From Tubulanus polymorphus (lineage: Eukaryota; Animalia; Nemertea): DNA of 64,000 bases. Shown piece after piece: positions 37,013 through 49,666 of the stretch. The position numbers and the translations under genes were made by a program. Where the stretch lies: contig NC_134034.1 in assembly GCF_964204645.1 (NCBI RefSeq), positions 13,219,062-13,283,061 of the forward strand. Reading direction: 5' to 3'. The notes under the pieces are model-generated. The model was not told the origin of the DNA and ran no database searches. It saw only the letters and a program-made list of their open reading frames with translations. How positions within the stretch are numbered: position 1 is the stretch's first letter; every line of letters begins with the position of its first letter.

Positions 37013-38901
37013 TCTATTCCGCGTTCCATACGCGTATACAATACATAATCAAATATGTGTCTATATAAACGGATCAAAACGCGCTTATAATCGTTAATCA
37101 TAAATAGCATTCCTCGACTCATATAATAACCGAATCGGGGTTCAATAAAATTCATATTCACATTCGTTCGTGCGTGTGTGAGTTATAACTACAATATGCG
37201 ACGCGACGCCGATAAAAAACCAATAAAATATGCACTGACCTTGCGCTGAACGAACCATCGTGTATGAGCGTGCGTGTGTGTGTACATGTGTGTGCATTGT
37301 GTATACACCATACACACAACGCGTATACGATTACACGCGACGAACACTCGCGTTACCGTGGCAACCATGCAGACGAGATCCGCTTCGAACCGGTTCTACT
37401 GTCTACGCGGACAGACGGCTTTTAACTACACTTTGTGTAATCGCGCAGTTCCTAATCCGGTGCCTATTATGATTAATTCGTACGATGTTTCATTGTAATT
37501 ATAGTTAGTACGACAGACAGCCAGACACAATCACCAGCTGCTTGTAAAACACGCCTACGATACCGATCGCGACACAATAGATTACACATATAATTGTATG
37601 TTAATCTAGGTAGACTGATGATGAGACTGGGAACGCATGGGAAAAGCCGCCGCGCGACAAACAAGCTAATATTGATTGTTCACGTATAAGGGAGTGTCCC
37701 GATAGATTAACATAAATATACATTTATAGGTATATCCCGCGATATGTAGGTCAACCCCAAAGTGTAGAACACAAAAGTCAATATAGACGAATCCTCCAAT
37801 ATACATTTACATAGGTCAACCCCAATCGCAGAAATTAAGAATGGTTAACCGCTTATAGTAGGAAACGACCACAGGACGCCAATCCACAACAAGATCATTA
37901 ATTTTTCATTTTTCCGAGAAGATAGATGAGACAAGGTTCACGACTTACGTGAATTAATCGGTCGAGTAAAACACATTCATTTAAATTGAGTAAATTCGTG
38001 AGTTCGAGTTTAAGTGAGCGAGATCGTTGCGAGTATACAACGAACGTTTTTATATATGCTCTAATCAAATGAGAATTAATTTCACACTAAACAGCTGAAC
38101 TAATGCGACCTATTCAAACTGTTGATGATGCGTTCATCTACGTCGATACTGCAGCAGATGTGAGGGATACATTGGTTAACATAATGACGTTAGAGAAGTC
38201 GTTGGTTGGTTACCAGCCCACCGGCGTCGGAGATTAGTCGCACGTAATTACAGAAGATAAATATAGCTGCAAAGCAGCGATAACGGTCAATTCATAAACG
38301 TCGTTGATTTGTTATGTAAATAATCGACAAAATGGCGTCATCACGTGATAAAAGTGCGTAATTGCGCGACCTCTACAGGCGTGGCGCGTAACTAGCCGTT
38401 TCGCAAATTCGAACAGATCGGGTGAAGCATCACGAATGAGCACGCGGTATACACACCAAAATCACTTCATACCTACTTGTTATTGTACGTTGAGATAGGT
38501 TTACCTTGGATGCAGCTGTGGTGCAGGATCCAATCGATTCGCAAAGCGTACTTGACGTATACAAATGGAAATGGAAATTAAAACCGATGTACACAATAGT
38601 TTTCAGACGCGAGCTACGTAGCAGTACTAGTCCAAAAATCGAACTAGTAGATACATGCGCGCCCTATGCGTTCTGTTCGAACTCGTTTATATCTATCTCA
38701 TGAATACATATCTCATTATCCGATCGGGGATTGAAATTGCGGTTGAAATTTAAATATATTGCCCGGTTAAAATGCGTAATGTGCATATGGATCATGCCTA
38801 TGATAATAACCGTGATTTGCCGTATATATTAAGTCCTACCGTTATAAGACTAATTCGCTGGCCGATTATTGGACTTTTTTCAACAAACGCATATAACCAA
38901 C

Positions 38902-39224
38902 AATCCTTCCACGGCAGGGATTCGAACTTGATAGCATCGCTAGACTCAGATACAGCACGAACCCCTACCACATTTTACCGGGTGTGTTGATTCGTGCGCA
39001 GGTTTGCCGCACGAAAACTTGTGACACCAATCAGATCGCTGAGGCAAATTTCGCGGAAAATTATAAATGGACCAAAATAAGATTTGATACATGCATCTGA
39101 TTGGCTAGGGCTAATGATGACATCATCTAAACTGCGCATGTAGCTGCGCAGTCGGGCTAGTGTGGTATGGTCTCGTTCCATGGCGAGTCTCGATGCCACC
39201 AGATTCGAATTCCTGCTGGGGATG
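38902..39224. mobile_element. Copy of the palindromic B-box-armed element (see 51308-51657)
   Basis: Same layout: GGGATTCGAAC left arm, inverted CCAATCAGAT pair, TTCGAATTCCTG...GGATG right arm. Confidence 0.8.
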
Positions 39225-39335
39225 ACACCATACGGTGTAGAGGTCATGGCGGCCACGCGTTCGGGTAACATGATGACTCATATTGGCGGACAAACACAAT
39301 ATGTGACAGATTAACACGACACTGACAGATAGCAG

Positions 39336-39840
39336 TAGTTTCTAAATCCCCATTATTCTAATGATGATTCACACAAACAGAAACGTTTAGTTTAAAGATC
39401 ATTAACATGAACGATATTCTACTAGTTTCTAAATCCCCATTATTCAACGGATGATTCATACGACAGAAACGATTAGTTTAACGATCATTTGCATGCAATG
39501 TACACTAGGCATAGTTTCTAAATCCCCGTTATTCTAATGATGATTTGTACGACAGAAACGATTGGTTATAAAAATCATTTACGTGAACGATATTCTAATA
39601 GTTTCTAAATCCCCATTATTCTAATAATGATTCATAGGACAGAAACGTTCAGTTTATAGATAATTTGCATGCAATGTACGCTTGGCCTAGTTTCAAAAGC
39701 CCCATTAATATACGGATGATTCATACGACAGAAACGATTAGTTTTAAATGATCATTTACATGCAAGGTATACTAGGCCTAGTTTCTAAATCTCCCGTTAT
39801 TCTAATGACGATTCAGATAGTTCACACGAACGATATCTGA
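39336..39840. repeat. Degenerate ~88-bp tandem repeat (6 units of two subtypes), fading out to ~40360
   Basis: TAGTTTCTAAATCCCC recurs at ~39336, 39423, 39512, 39599, 39688, 39779. Confidence 0.85.
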
Positions 39841-40497
39841 AGGTTATTATAATTCTAAACACTCAAGTATTGGTGTATGAAACTTATACAAGCTAGAAAA
39901 GAAGATAATTCAGAAGTTGTTTCTATATCGCCATTGATGTGTTGTAAGATGGCAGTAGTTTCAAAATCTCCATTAATATGCTAATGTTGGTCAGATGCCA
40001 GCAGTTTCTATATCTGCAATGTATCTATAATAAAGATAATAATCTTTTCTAGCAGTTTCTTTATCCCCATAAATAGAATATGTTTGACGGAGGCAGGTGT
40101 TTGTGTATACCCTCATCATTCGAATAATTATTCTAATGATAATAATAACGATGATAGCTTAATCATCATTATCATTAAAATCATTATTATAACTTGATTC
40201 TACCCTTGATTTATGACAGATCCTCACGACAAATGCCAGCAGTTTCTACATCCCCTTAGCAATCATAATTGATCAATGCAAAAATCCATTTACTGCTCTA
40301 CTTTATTTCTATGTGACAGGTGCAAGCACATTTAGCTGACTGTTTCTACATTCCCATAAGCATAATTAATGGGTTTCGATTTTGATAGGCCTATGTAAGT
40401 ACATATCTGGGGTTACTACAACCCCGCCGTTACATTTAGACCTAAAAATGATTTACTACACTGATCCCAATCTCCAATTGTAAGTGAATTTTAGTTA

Positions 40498-40717
40498 GGC
40501 TAAACAAAAATGATACCTTGTTTCTCCGCAGCGGCCGGGTCATTTTTGTAAAATATGATAAAATGTATAAACAGTTCATTTCTATAGCGGCCGGGTCTGT
40601 TATGGTAAAATTCATCACGATTTTAAAAAAAGTAATGTATAGGGTAGATAGGCGGCCGGCCGGGTCAACATTTAAGCTCAGCAGAGCGGAGAAACAAGGT
40701 ATCAATTTTTGTTAGCC
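40498..40717. mobile_element. MITE with GGCTAA..AAATGATACCTTGTTTCTC TIRs and TTA(A) flanks (Kolobok-like); abundant family
   Basis: TIRs; partial copies at ~13070-13155, 17244-17330, 19590-19808, 33975-34008, 12355-12383. Confidence 0.8.
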
Positions 40718-41698
40718 TTAATTTGGTAGTCGACTTAGTAAGATTGCTCTGTCGACAACCTGTTGTCCTATTGAAAAGCATTGAATAAATCAAAAAATTT
40801 TTTCATTGCCTTACATTTTAGCATATGAACGGTGTGTGTTTGCCAGACAATAAGGCTCGTTGCGCGCTATCAATCCCCCATCCCTAGTAATACAGAACGC
40901 CGGAAATGTGCACTTACTTCACTGCCCTCAAAACATGTTCAAGGCATATTGATATGTAAGTCGTGAATACAATGGAACATTTCAACGTACTTCAGAACAC
41001 TAGAAAATCTGTTCGTTATAACAAAAAGGTTCCACATACAGTTGAACAACCTCCTTACATTCGTGTTGACAAAACCGAGAAATTCATCCCAGATTTAGGA
41101 CAAGTTTGATGATTTCATACTGAATATAACGAACTGTCGGTAAAACGTGTGTCGGAAGTTGAGTTACTACGATCAACCACTGAATAATGTAATCATAAAT
41201 TTACGTTATAAATTCAGGCCGCATATATAATGTATTAGTTGAAAGGGACCCTGTAACCGGCCACGGAATCAATAACAGTGCAAACAGCTGCTGACAATCC
41301 CAACGAACGAGATTGGCACCGAGCCAGAGAACGCGGCCATTAGCGGGGACTCCCTAACGAGTTCGGTCGATATTCAACGCAGTTGTCTTTATCATGACTG
41401 GCATATATTTGCCAGATCGTGGTAGACGCCTACGGGCAAAACTGAATCAAATTGTTAGGCGTTATCAAATCAATTTACAATATTGTTGAAACCTATGCGA
41501 GAATGGCATTTGGGACTAGTCACAATCGAGGCTAAACCTGTGATCCTTATCAATATTCATAAAGCGGCGAAATGAACGGGCCAGTAGCTGAAAATAAAAT
41601 TGCAAATCGTCACTGAGGTACTTGCCCACTAGGAACCTGGTTCGCAGTTGAGCCCTGAAAATGAACTCCACTCACTACACTGTGGAGCTGGGCCCAGG

Positions 41699-41962
41699 CA
41701 TCCTCCCTTGGCTGGGATTTGAACCTGATGGCATCGCTACACTCACAGGCACGGCACGAACCCCTGCCACACTAGACCGGGTGCGCAGGTACATGCGCAG
41801 CTTTACCGCACGAAGACTTGCGGCACCAATCAGATTGCTCGTTGTATAATCGCTGAGGTCAATTTCACGGAATAACTATAAATGGGAAAACCCGAGCTAA
41901 AATAAAACGGGATATCTGATTGGCTGATAATGATGACATCATCTAAAATGCGCGTGTAGCTG
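41699..41962. mobile_element. Right-truncated copy of the B-box-armed palindromic element
   Basis: High similarity to 51308-51570. Confidence 0.8.
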
Positions 41963-44900
41963 GTGGGTTACCGCGCTTCAATTCCTTCCGGAAATCAAAT
42001 CAATTGAAATCGACTTTTCTCATCATAGAATCAATTTTCAGTGAAGTCTATACCATCAGCTGAGTGAGAACAACTTGTTTGATCATTTTCGATGCCTGAA
42101 AATCGAATCAAAATTTCATCGAAAATCGAACTTATTTCCACTACGATTGACCAAGATTTCTCGACTGAAGCTGGTCAAAAATTCATTCATTTCCTCCAAA
42201 AGTTACCCCACGCCCCCCCCCCCCACTCACAATGTAGAAAACAAATCCAGACACTATTTACAGTTAAATACAATTCAGTGTAATATTATTTCAAGCATTA
42301 GAACAATAGACTATTATATTAAACCACATGCAGAAATCAACCCAAAATTCTGTTTCTATCTTGATCTCGATAATCTTTGCCATTTCGTGTGACCTAAGCT
42401 AAAATACGATATAAGAAGTTCTAGTCATCACAAATCCGGTTTTGTCGAATTTCTCGAAGTCGATTTTTCCTTAAATCCGCGATGCGCGCCTAAGGTCAAG
42501 GCCGTTTCAACGTGACCTTGACACGCATTCGCCGGAAACGGCCGCCGAATACGTCCGCACGAATCCCCGTCGAAACGGCGGCGAAATCTAAGTCGTGACC
42601 TTGGGACTCAAGGTCATACACGAAGGTCAAGGTCACGCGATTAGATCGATAATGCGCACGTGCTATAAAATGAAAACGAAATCGAACACTCTACTCGTTA
42701 AACTAATACCTATATCATGCCAACCTTTCTGTTCGTATTCTTACCAACTGACGGTCTTGTATTCTGCGAACGACGTTCTACCTCGGCTTGTTTGTTGCGA
42801 ACTTTGGGGGAAATATGAGTAAGGTGTTCTACTCGCTCTACCGACGCGCACATTGCATACAAATGAGTCACTCACACGGAGGCATCGTGATGGAAAATTA
42901 CCCCGCACGCAGTGTTCAATTCTAGCCAATCAGCCGCGAGCATTTCTCGAGTAGATTGGCTCGGTTCCAAGCGCGCATACATTATTAATATTATGCCCAG
43001 ACGTGTCTGCGAGCGCTGTGCAAACAGAGACATAATATAATTGATCGCGTAGATAAATTTGCGCGGCGTTCATATTACGCGGAATCTTAATTTCGCGGAT
43101 CAGACGCGGCGTGTTTATCGACTGACGGTTTTAATAACAGCTGCGTTTGTGTACGCGCGCTCGCGAGCGCTATATCCGAGCGCTGTACGTGAATAACCCG
43201 CGCATTCTACAGCAACGAACGCACCGCTGATTATGAGAAAATGTTAAAAATACACGTTTCGTGAAAAATAAAAACCCGACGCTTTTAAAAGTATCGATTG
43301 TCAGGATCGTTATACAAAATGAATGCGCCCCGCAGCTGTCACGTTGTATTATTATTAATAATGGGTTCTATTATTAACGCTGGCGGTGTACCGTGTGCAT
43401 AAAACCGTGTGCATGGGGAATGTTTAGAGTGATCGCTAATCGTAGTCGGTCTGATCGTAGTTTACAAACAGGATGTTTACGCAATAATGCGCGTAGTTAC
43501 TAAGCGCAAAGCTATCTAAAGTTCAACACTTAAAACGTTAAGGCCGACGCCGCCAATTAGGCTACGTCAAGTGTTGTGACTAGGGGCAGCGGGGAAGCAC
43601 GTGCGAACGGAACTGAGTCCAAAAGAAATTCGCAATATTTTCTGATTTTCTTTTTTTTTCACCCAAAAGATGTTATAGCCTTTTAGAAATCGCAATTCAC
43701 TTCAAGGAGTTTCCATCGCTGAACCCGAGTAACGTTTTTTTTTCTCGTAAAATCGACAGGGTACGTACGCGAGTGTTCGTCGGCCTTGTAAGATCTACCT
43801 GCCAGGAATAATGCGTGGTAATAAAACATGGTACGGTTAAGGTCTGTAGGTTTATAGGCGGTTGTAAATAAAGCGGCACATTAAACACCACGCACACAGG
43901 CGCGGGTGATGATAATATACTATAAATCGCTAATTTCACTTATTCAATGTTCAAAGGCGCTTTTAAAGTAGTAATCCAGTAAATAAGGTAAGAGTCTTTT
44001 GAATATATCCAGATCGGGCTCAAGACGGATATTTTCAGGTAGAGCATTTGCAAAGGATGAGGAAATGTGAACGGCTTTTTTTTAAAATTTGTACATCGTG
44101 GATTTTCATCACATCATCTATTCTGTATGTTTGGGTGTAGCTATTCTAAAGCTCTTTATAAAGCCTGGTTTTTGGAACACATAAAACATCGATCAGAATA
44201 AGCCTTTTTACAGTTTCCAGGCGCCATTTTTTGGGTACCCACCGGGTCCGCATTATTGATTTTTTGCATTTTTTGTCTCTGAATTGGATTAAGATAGAAA
44301 CAAAGTAAAATTATCGATGAACTCAGCAGTTGATAATTAACTTTTTTATCTTAATCATTTATAAAGTTAATGCAACAATGCGCGCTGGTGAAATTATAAA
44401 CATTGATATCGTCTTCCCGGTAATTCAACTTGAATTATCACTCATCTCATTCAAAAGTTCGTAATTCTTACCAATTTTATAAGAAGAGCTTTTCTTTCGG
44501 GTTCGGGGCCTGTTTTTATTTATATGTACCGTGTTCAAAGACTAAATTGTTTATCACAAACACCGGTGAGCTAGTAGTAGTCTACAGCATTCTCGAATTA
44601 GAACGCCATCGCTAGATTTGACGTCATGATTGAAGGGGCCAGTCGCACAGTCGTGGATTTTAAGATGGGTCTTCGACTGGTAGTTGTTTTGTTCTCATTG
44701 TTCCTCTGACAATTCGATGTGTCTTAAAAATAAACCCACTCCATCCCCTGTTTTTTTTTGTTGTCAATATTTGTCAAGTATACGCATTATTTCACACTAT
44801 GGGTTAAATCATGGACTCAAAAAAACGTAAATTCTTTTAGACATTGTTGGATTTCTTAAATCGTGGAGTCCATGGTTATGGAAGACGTTGTGAAATGAAC

Positions 44901-46370
44901 GCAGGGGCGGACCCAGGGGTGACATGACATTTTTACGAGTCTATCAAATATCTTTGAGTGCATGTGGTGTTTTTCAGCGGGAGTGCGCCTAATATTGCCC
45001 CTTTCGACATCAAAGTGCCCTTTGAAGACTTGACAAGTTCTTTAAAATAAGCCTCTCTGCGCGGGAGTACACCTTAAACTGGGCCTGGGTCCATTGCCGT
45101 TTTTGGACACCAAAGTGCCTTTTTAGGATGTGACAATTTATTCAAAATTAATTTGATAAATTTAATTAACCAAACACAATATAATATTACCGGGCAGACC
45201 GCAAAAATCCTGAGAAAATTTTTTTTTTAAAGACAATTTTGAAAAACAATTTTACCTACATGTTATAATAGAGAGGAGAGTCGTTAGTTGAAATCGGTCT
45301 CACGCGGGCCGCTCTCCCAGTGGTTAAACAAAGTACATGCAATAAAGGCATCGTCATCTGGGAAAGCCGAACACGTGTGCGCGAACCAGGATGAAAACAA
45401 GGTACGAAACGGCCAGGGCACCACCATCAAACCACAACTGCCAGCTGGCCTATATACAGATATGCGGTGTGAGTTCAACCTTTGAGAAATCAGAGTAGTT
45501 CAATCTGATTACTCCAAGGTTCAACAGACTTGTGCTCAGCGTGATTGCTGATTCGATTGATTAGTGCCATATCAAAGCCTGTGTGCCTTAAATCTACGAG
45601 CTATAATCTCGATTGATCCTAAGCCTGAATCCATATAGCCATGCGAATCCAGTTATTGTTACAAGGCTCAGAGACCACCCATCAGAAAAGGTCGACATTT
45701 TTATGTGAAATTCTGTGCATAGCATTCCCGCTGTGCGGAAGCCACACGAGTTATATAGTTTTAAATCGCTTCGGGCGAATATATCTCACATTTGCTGAAT
45801 TAGGGCATCCATCTTTTCATCAAGGGCTTTACAATTAAAGCCCAACTTGTTCTTGACTATAGGCCTAATAGCAACTTTTCCATGTTTTGAATGCGAATTC
45901 AAACTTTACCGTTTCAGTTTTAACTTTTTCATGGGATCTTGGTTGACGCAAGGTAGTATAAGCTATTGGAATCTTCATATATAACATAACTATACCTACG
46001 TTTTGCCTTTTGAAGGCCCAAGCAGAGGCAATTCTAACAATAGACACGGTTAGAATTCCTCACAAAGGAAACGCCATGACTACCTGATTTATGGAACAAT
46101 GTCGATCGTTAAGTTTGAACTGCAGTGCATAACCACGACTATTTCTCCATCTAGCGGATAGATCATAAAATGACAGAGAAACAAATCGCGTGAAAAACAA
46201 ATTAAAACATTAGCGTATTTTAATATCAAGGATATATACCAAACTTCATTTTTATGGTAAAAACCAATTATGACTCACTTTATAAATATCTTTTTAAATA
46301 TAATATCAAGTTTGTACATCCGCAAAATATTTTTGATTATAAATGCGAGTTTGCGGACTCTTTCCAACAT

Positions 46371-46443
46371 GCCCGGTTAGCTCAGTCGGTAGAGCATCAG
46401 GCTTTTAACCTGAGGGTCCTGGGTTCGAGTCCCATACCGGGCG
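46371..46443 (+). tRNA. trnK-UUU: tRNA-Lys (anticodon UUU)
   Basis: 73 nt; acceptor stem GCCCGGT/ACCGGGC, D arm GCTC/GAGC, anticodon arm TCAGG-CTTTTAA-CCTGA, T loop TTCGAGT; upstream TATAAAT and downstream T-tracts. Confidence 0.93.
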
Positions 46444-46810
46444 ATTGTGTTTTCTCATTGATTTTTTTCACGTGTCACTACGTTCGGATCAAGTTTCTCG
46501 GGTAGATATTTATGCTCGAGCATCATGTGGACGCTTACCATTTTGCCCATCGCTCTATCCTCTAAGTAGGCTTTGATTGTTTTCAAGTAGGCTACCATCG
46601 TACGTTGCCCTGAGTTGACCGAATGTTTTTTATCGGGGAACGAAATGTTTTTAAATAAATCGTTCCCACGAAAAACTTTTCGTTCGCGGAAAATTCGGGT
46701 TGCGGGTCGGTCGCGACGTTTATCTAAGTTCGTGATCGTTTACGCGGCTGTCGAACGCGAGAGTTTTCCGAGATGCTTAGATAAAAAACGCCTCACGACT
46801 GTGGTCGTAT

Positions 46811-49666
46811 TTACGTGTGGTGGAGCACGAACGGCAACGATTCGTAAACCATGAAATTATACGACCGTCGTGAGGCCGGCGTCGGCGCGTAATCGTCACG
46901 CGTGTGGTTGAAATGTAGCTCTTCCAAACAGTCGTACGCGAGCGGGGAGTGCTCCGGTAGGAACTTGTTGGCGAACAGCTCCGGGCGACGCGACAAGATC
47001 GGTAAATCCCCGATCGATAACATGCAAATCGATCTACGCCGTCTGCCGCCGGGACACGGATAGGCGAACGGATAACTGCCCCAGTTTTTGAACCGGGTGA
47101 TGAACGGCAATTTGACTGGATCCGTTTCGTGTTCAGGGCCTGAAAAATATCAGATAGAACAAAATTGGATCATTAGTGATAACATAATGATATTTGAATA
47201 TTCTATAGCGCTTTTTTCACTGAGACAATGTTCAACGGCGCTTTCCTTTAAATCGGTACTACAGTGGAACCTCGTTACAGCGAACAACAAGCTCGTTATA
47301 ACCGATTAGTTCGTTGTAAATCCAGTATGAAATTAACTGGATTTTCCCACTTGGGACATAATTCTATATCTGTAATATCTGATGAATCGTTGTAAATTCG
47401 AGTTCGTTAAAACGAGGTTCCGCCGTGTTATCAACCACCAGCCTATAACCATATCAGTCATCTCTCTCCATGGCTGTCAATCTGTACAAACCGCGTGTTA
47501 TGGGGCAATTTATTTCTACTTAGAAAAAATGTGATTAGATTTCATGACGCTTCCTGCTTACTGCGCTGTTCGTGTAGATGTGTGCATCCAGGAAGTCGCG
47601 AACCTTAATCGACAATCAGTCCCGAAAACGTTTTTATAATAACGCTTCATATCACGAGCGGGAGATGCTTATTCCTTTGTAGAAATTATCTGTTTATACC
47701 GAACAGTGAAAATGTTGTCCGAGATTCTAGACTTCGTATCTGATTCCTTTCTTCTGGACCCCTGTCTTCCACATATATGTGGAAGGCAGAAAGAAACGGG
47801 ATTTTTTTGGTCACTCGTCGTAAGTCTCTTGTTGCCCTGGGATACAGCCCTCCCCTACGTTCTAGGCGCGGCTGTATCCGGTATAGAATGCTGGAGTAAC
47901 CGCCGGTCTAGGTCACAAACGCAGCTGCTGGTCCTTCACATAGACTGGTGGGCACTGGGCGCCCAAAAGATATCGTGCGGTGTAACAGTATATTGCGGCC
48001 AGTGACTGCGATGGCGCGAGCTACGACGGGAGGTAATCAAACCCTGGCAAGTGAGGCTGTACTTACCGGTATAGGCGCCAGGCGTTCCTAACTGCGGGTT
48101 ATGTTGTAACGTAGAGAAAAGCGCCTCGTCGGGTATGCGTGCATGTGACAACCAGTCGCGTAGTTGAATCGCTTTTTTGTCACCGATGACGAATTCGACG
48201 AACGCTCTGGACGCCGTGATGTGTACGCTTCCTTTAACCAGCGTCACGTTTATCGGTACCGGGTGGTCTTTGGCGTAGGAAAAACGTTGAACGTTTCGTC
48301 TGAAAGTTGAAGACGGTCTCTTGAATATTTTGTTCATTAGAGAAGTCTCGAGATAAGCAGAGAGTTCAGACGAGGGTAGGGAGGCGAAGAGAGGTTGGAG
48401 CTGGGCAGAGAGAGGCAGGGAGCAGCATTATCATATAGAAAATGGAGTCATGGCTGCAGCCACCTTATCCCACCCTTGCTTGCCAGGGTTTGATTGCCTT
48501 CCGCCTAACACAAACAGAAACACATACCCTTCATTAGGCTATTACATTGCCCAAGACCTTTGAGCGGACTGGTTGCCCCGAGCGGCCAACAGTCTATGTA
48601 ATAGACCAATCAGATGCTTGTTATTCACCGGCAGATAGACTGGTGGCCGCTGAGCGGTAACCTGTCCGTCCAAGAACTCTTGGAGCAACGTTATCGATCG
48701 ATGGAGGAACCGTGGCCACAGGGTTTGTGTTGGCGTGAGCTTCAAACTCTGGCAATCGAGGATGCCTTTTCTTGAAGTTTCTGTAGTACAAGAAATTCGA
48801 CCAAGGCATGTATTCTATTATGCGATGTCATAAGGGGTGAGGAAGCAACGTTCTTAGATGGGTCTACACAGATAATTGGTTGGATGCGGGTAATTTAAAG
48901 TGGATATTTATCGAGGGTGTGTTATATACCTTTTAATCGTGCCTTCCACGTCATTAGCGCCGTTGTAGATTTTCAATATTTTCACCAGTTCGTAGTTTGT
49001 TTTAAGCGGCGCCTCCTGACCGGTTAGATTGATGAAATACTTCCATCGTTTAGAGACCCGTAACAGGTCGCGCATGCAGCGCAAATCGGCATCGAGCACG
49101 GAAATCTCGCCCCATCGTACGTCGTAACGGCGAGACGACAGAAACACGTTCGGGAAACAGCCGGCGATATCCGTGACGGCTGCCGCGAATTCGCCGGGCG
49201 ATTTCGCGTCGACGTGCACGCAATAGTAATTCTGAGGTCGGTAGATCATTCTGAGCAGGCGTTCGAAACGTTCCAGGTCTTTATAGATGAGTATACTGAA
49301 CGCGATCGGGAAGGCGGCCTCCTCGTCGGTGATCGGATCAGTTATGTATCGTCTTTCGCGTATGAAAGTTTCGCACGAACTTTTGTCGCACCGGTTCGTT
49401 AGGAATTGCTCGACTTCACGCGAGCGCCTGTTCGCCGTCTGGCGCTGCTCGGCGCGTTTCCAAAACTCCGCGGTGGCGCCATCTTTCTTTCGAAATAAGG
49501 CGCGGCAGTGCTTGAAACCGTTTTCCTCGTGCACGTCGGGAAATCGAAGGCTGCCAGAACTCGGCCTTCTTGGTTGCATCCGCGACATGAAATGGAAGCC
49601 CAAAATGAAGGAAGCAACGAGCATCGAATATTTGACCAGTGAACGGATGTGGAATCCGAGTCGCAT
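46811..49666 (-). CDS. GCNT1-like: Beta-1,6-N-acetylglucosaminyltransferase (core-2/I-branching, GT14), 3 coding exons, ~432 aa
   Basis: complement(join(46811..47139,48067..48299,48930..49666)), 1299 nt, phases consistent. N-terminal type-II TM; FPIAFSILIYKD..ERLLRMIYRPQNYYCVHVDAKS, WKYFINLTGQE.PLKTN, KGS, IPDE, LFANKF. Confidence 0.93.
47262..47425. mobile_element. Tc1/mariner(pogo/Tigger)-type MITE in a GCNT intron
   Basis: TA-CAGTGGAACCTCGTT...AACGAGGTTCCGCCG. Confidence 0.7.

Noticed and set aside
48621-48780. Possible extra GCNT exon (phase-compatible acceptor at 48780)
   Set aside because: The flanking exons already join in frame into a normal GT14 domain; the plausible donors are in the wrong phase and the peptide has no family similarity.
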